From positions 248,001 to 312,000 of IMG/VR virus record IMGVR_UViG_3300045971_000577: 64,000 bases of DNA, one strand, 5' to 3'. Positions 63,744-64,000 of the stretch are shown in pieces. Made by a program: the position numbers and the translations under genes. Every line of letters begins with the position of its first letter. Within the stretch, counting starts at the first letter, position 1. The notes beneath the pieces were generated by a model. The model worked only from the letters and a program-made list of their open reading frames with translations. It was not told the origin of the DNA and ran no database searches.

Positions 63744-64000
63744 TTAGATATAGAAGAATTTGTCGGGATATTTATTAACCCAACTACTAATTGTCTTAGG
63801 ACTAATTTTATAAAATTCGGCTGCCGATTTTCTGCTATCAAACTTTCCAACAGGTGTAGAAATATACTTACTGTTCTTACCTATGGAATTTTTACTCATT
63901 AAGTCTCGAGTCATTGCAGATTTAGTCTTACCTAAATCTCTCCCTTTACTTAATTTACTAAGAAATTGTTTAGTATCATCACTATGTCTGAATGTTTTCA
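63744..64000 (-). CDS. C-terminal part of a homing endonuclease (NUMOD3 + HTH), truncated by window edge
   Basis: RHSDDTKQFLS...STPVGKFDSRKSAAEFYKIS; read manually. Confidence 0.65.
   Translation of the reverse strand, partial: KTFRHSDDTKQFLSKLSKGRDLGKTKSAMTRDLMSKNSIGKNSKYISTPVGKFDSRKSAAEFYKISPKTISSWVNKYPDKFFYI

Noticed and set aside
1-64000. Genome-wide stop-codon reassignment (TAG or TGA)
   Set aside because: Long structural genes are open in the standard code, and both TAG and TGA end genes cleanly, including ATGA overlaps (8108, 12949, 22646). In-frame stops are confined to a few genes.
1-64000. CRISPR array or rRNA
   Set aside because: No regularly spaced identical repeats and no rRNA motifs.

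Overview
The window is a 64-kb piece of a large T4-like (jumbo or huge) dsDNA phage genome, read mostly on the minus strand. Evidence: major capsid, scaffold and prohead protease genes, neck and tail-terminator genes, long tail-fibre-like genes, a spanin pair and T4-type late promoters (NATAAATA). The host is Gram-negative, plausibly Betaproteobacteria (inference). The left half (1-30.8 kb) is an accessory region dominated by translation machinery. It holds about 37 near-canonical tRNAs, including an amber suppressor, plus many aberrant tRNA-like RNAs, a permuted two-piece tmRNA next to smpB, an RF1-type release factor interrupted by an in-frame TGA, and a Pth2-like peptidyl-tRNA hydrolase interrupted by an in-frame TAG. 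A leader-peptide terminator/antiterminator attenuator sits in front of the main tRNA array; its 58-aa leader samples all 20 amino acids and 39 different codons in its first 48. Together these look like a phage system that senses host translation failure and switches on rescue functions (inference). The same region carries a 7-haem cytochrome c plus outer-membrane beta-barrel pair (porin-cytochrome-like), a PlcP-like phosphoesterase plus GT4 glycosyltransferase pair, several large structured ncRNA candidates and many homing endonucleases. The right half (30.9-64 kb) is virion structure and morphogenesis. Gene family calls come from motif recognition only; no searches were run.
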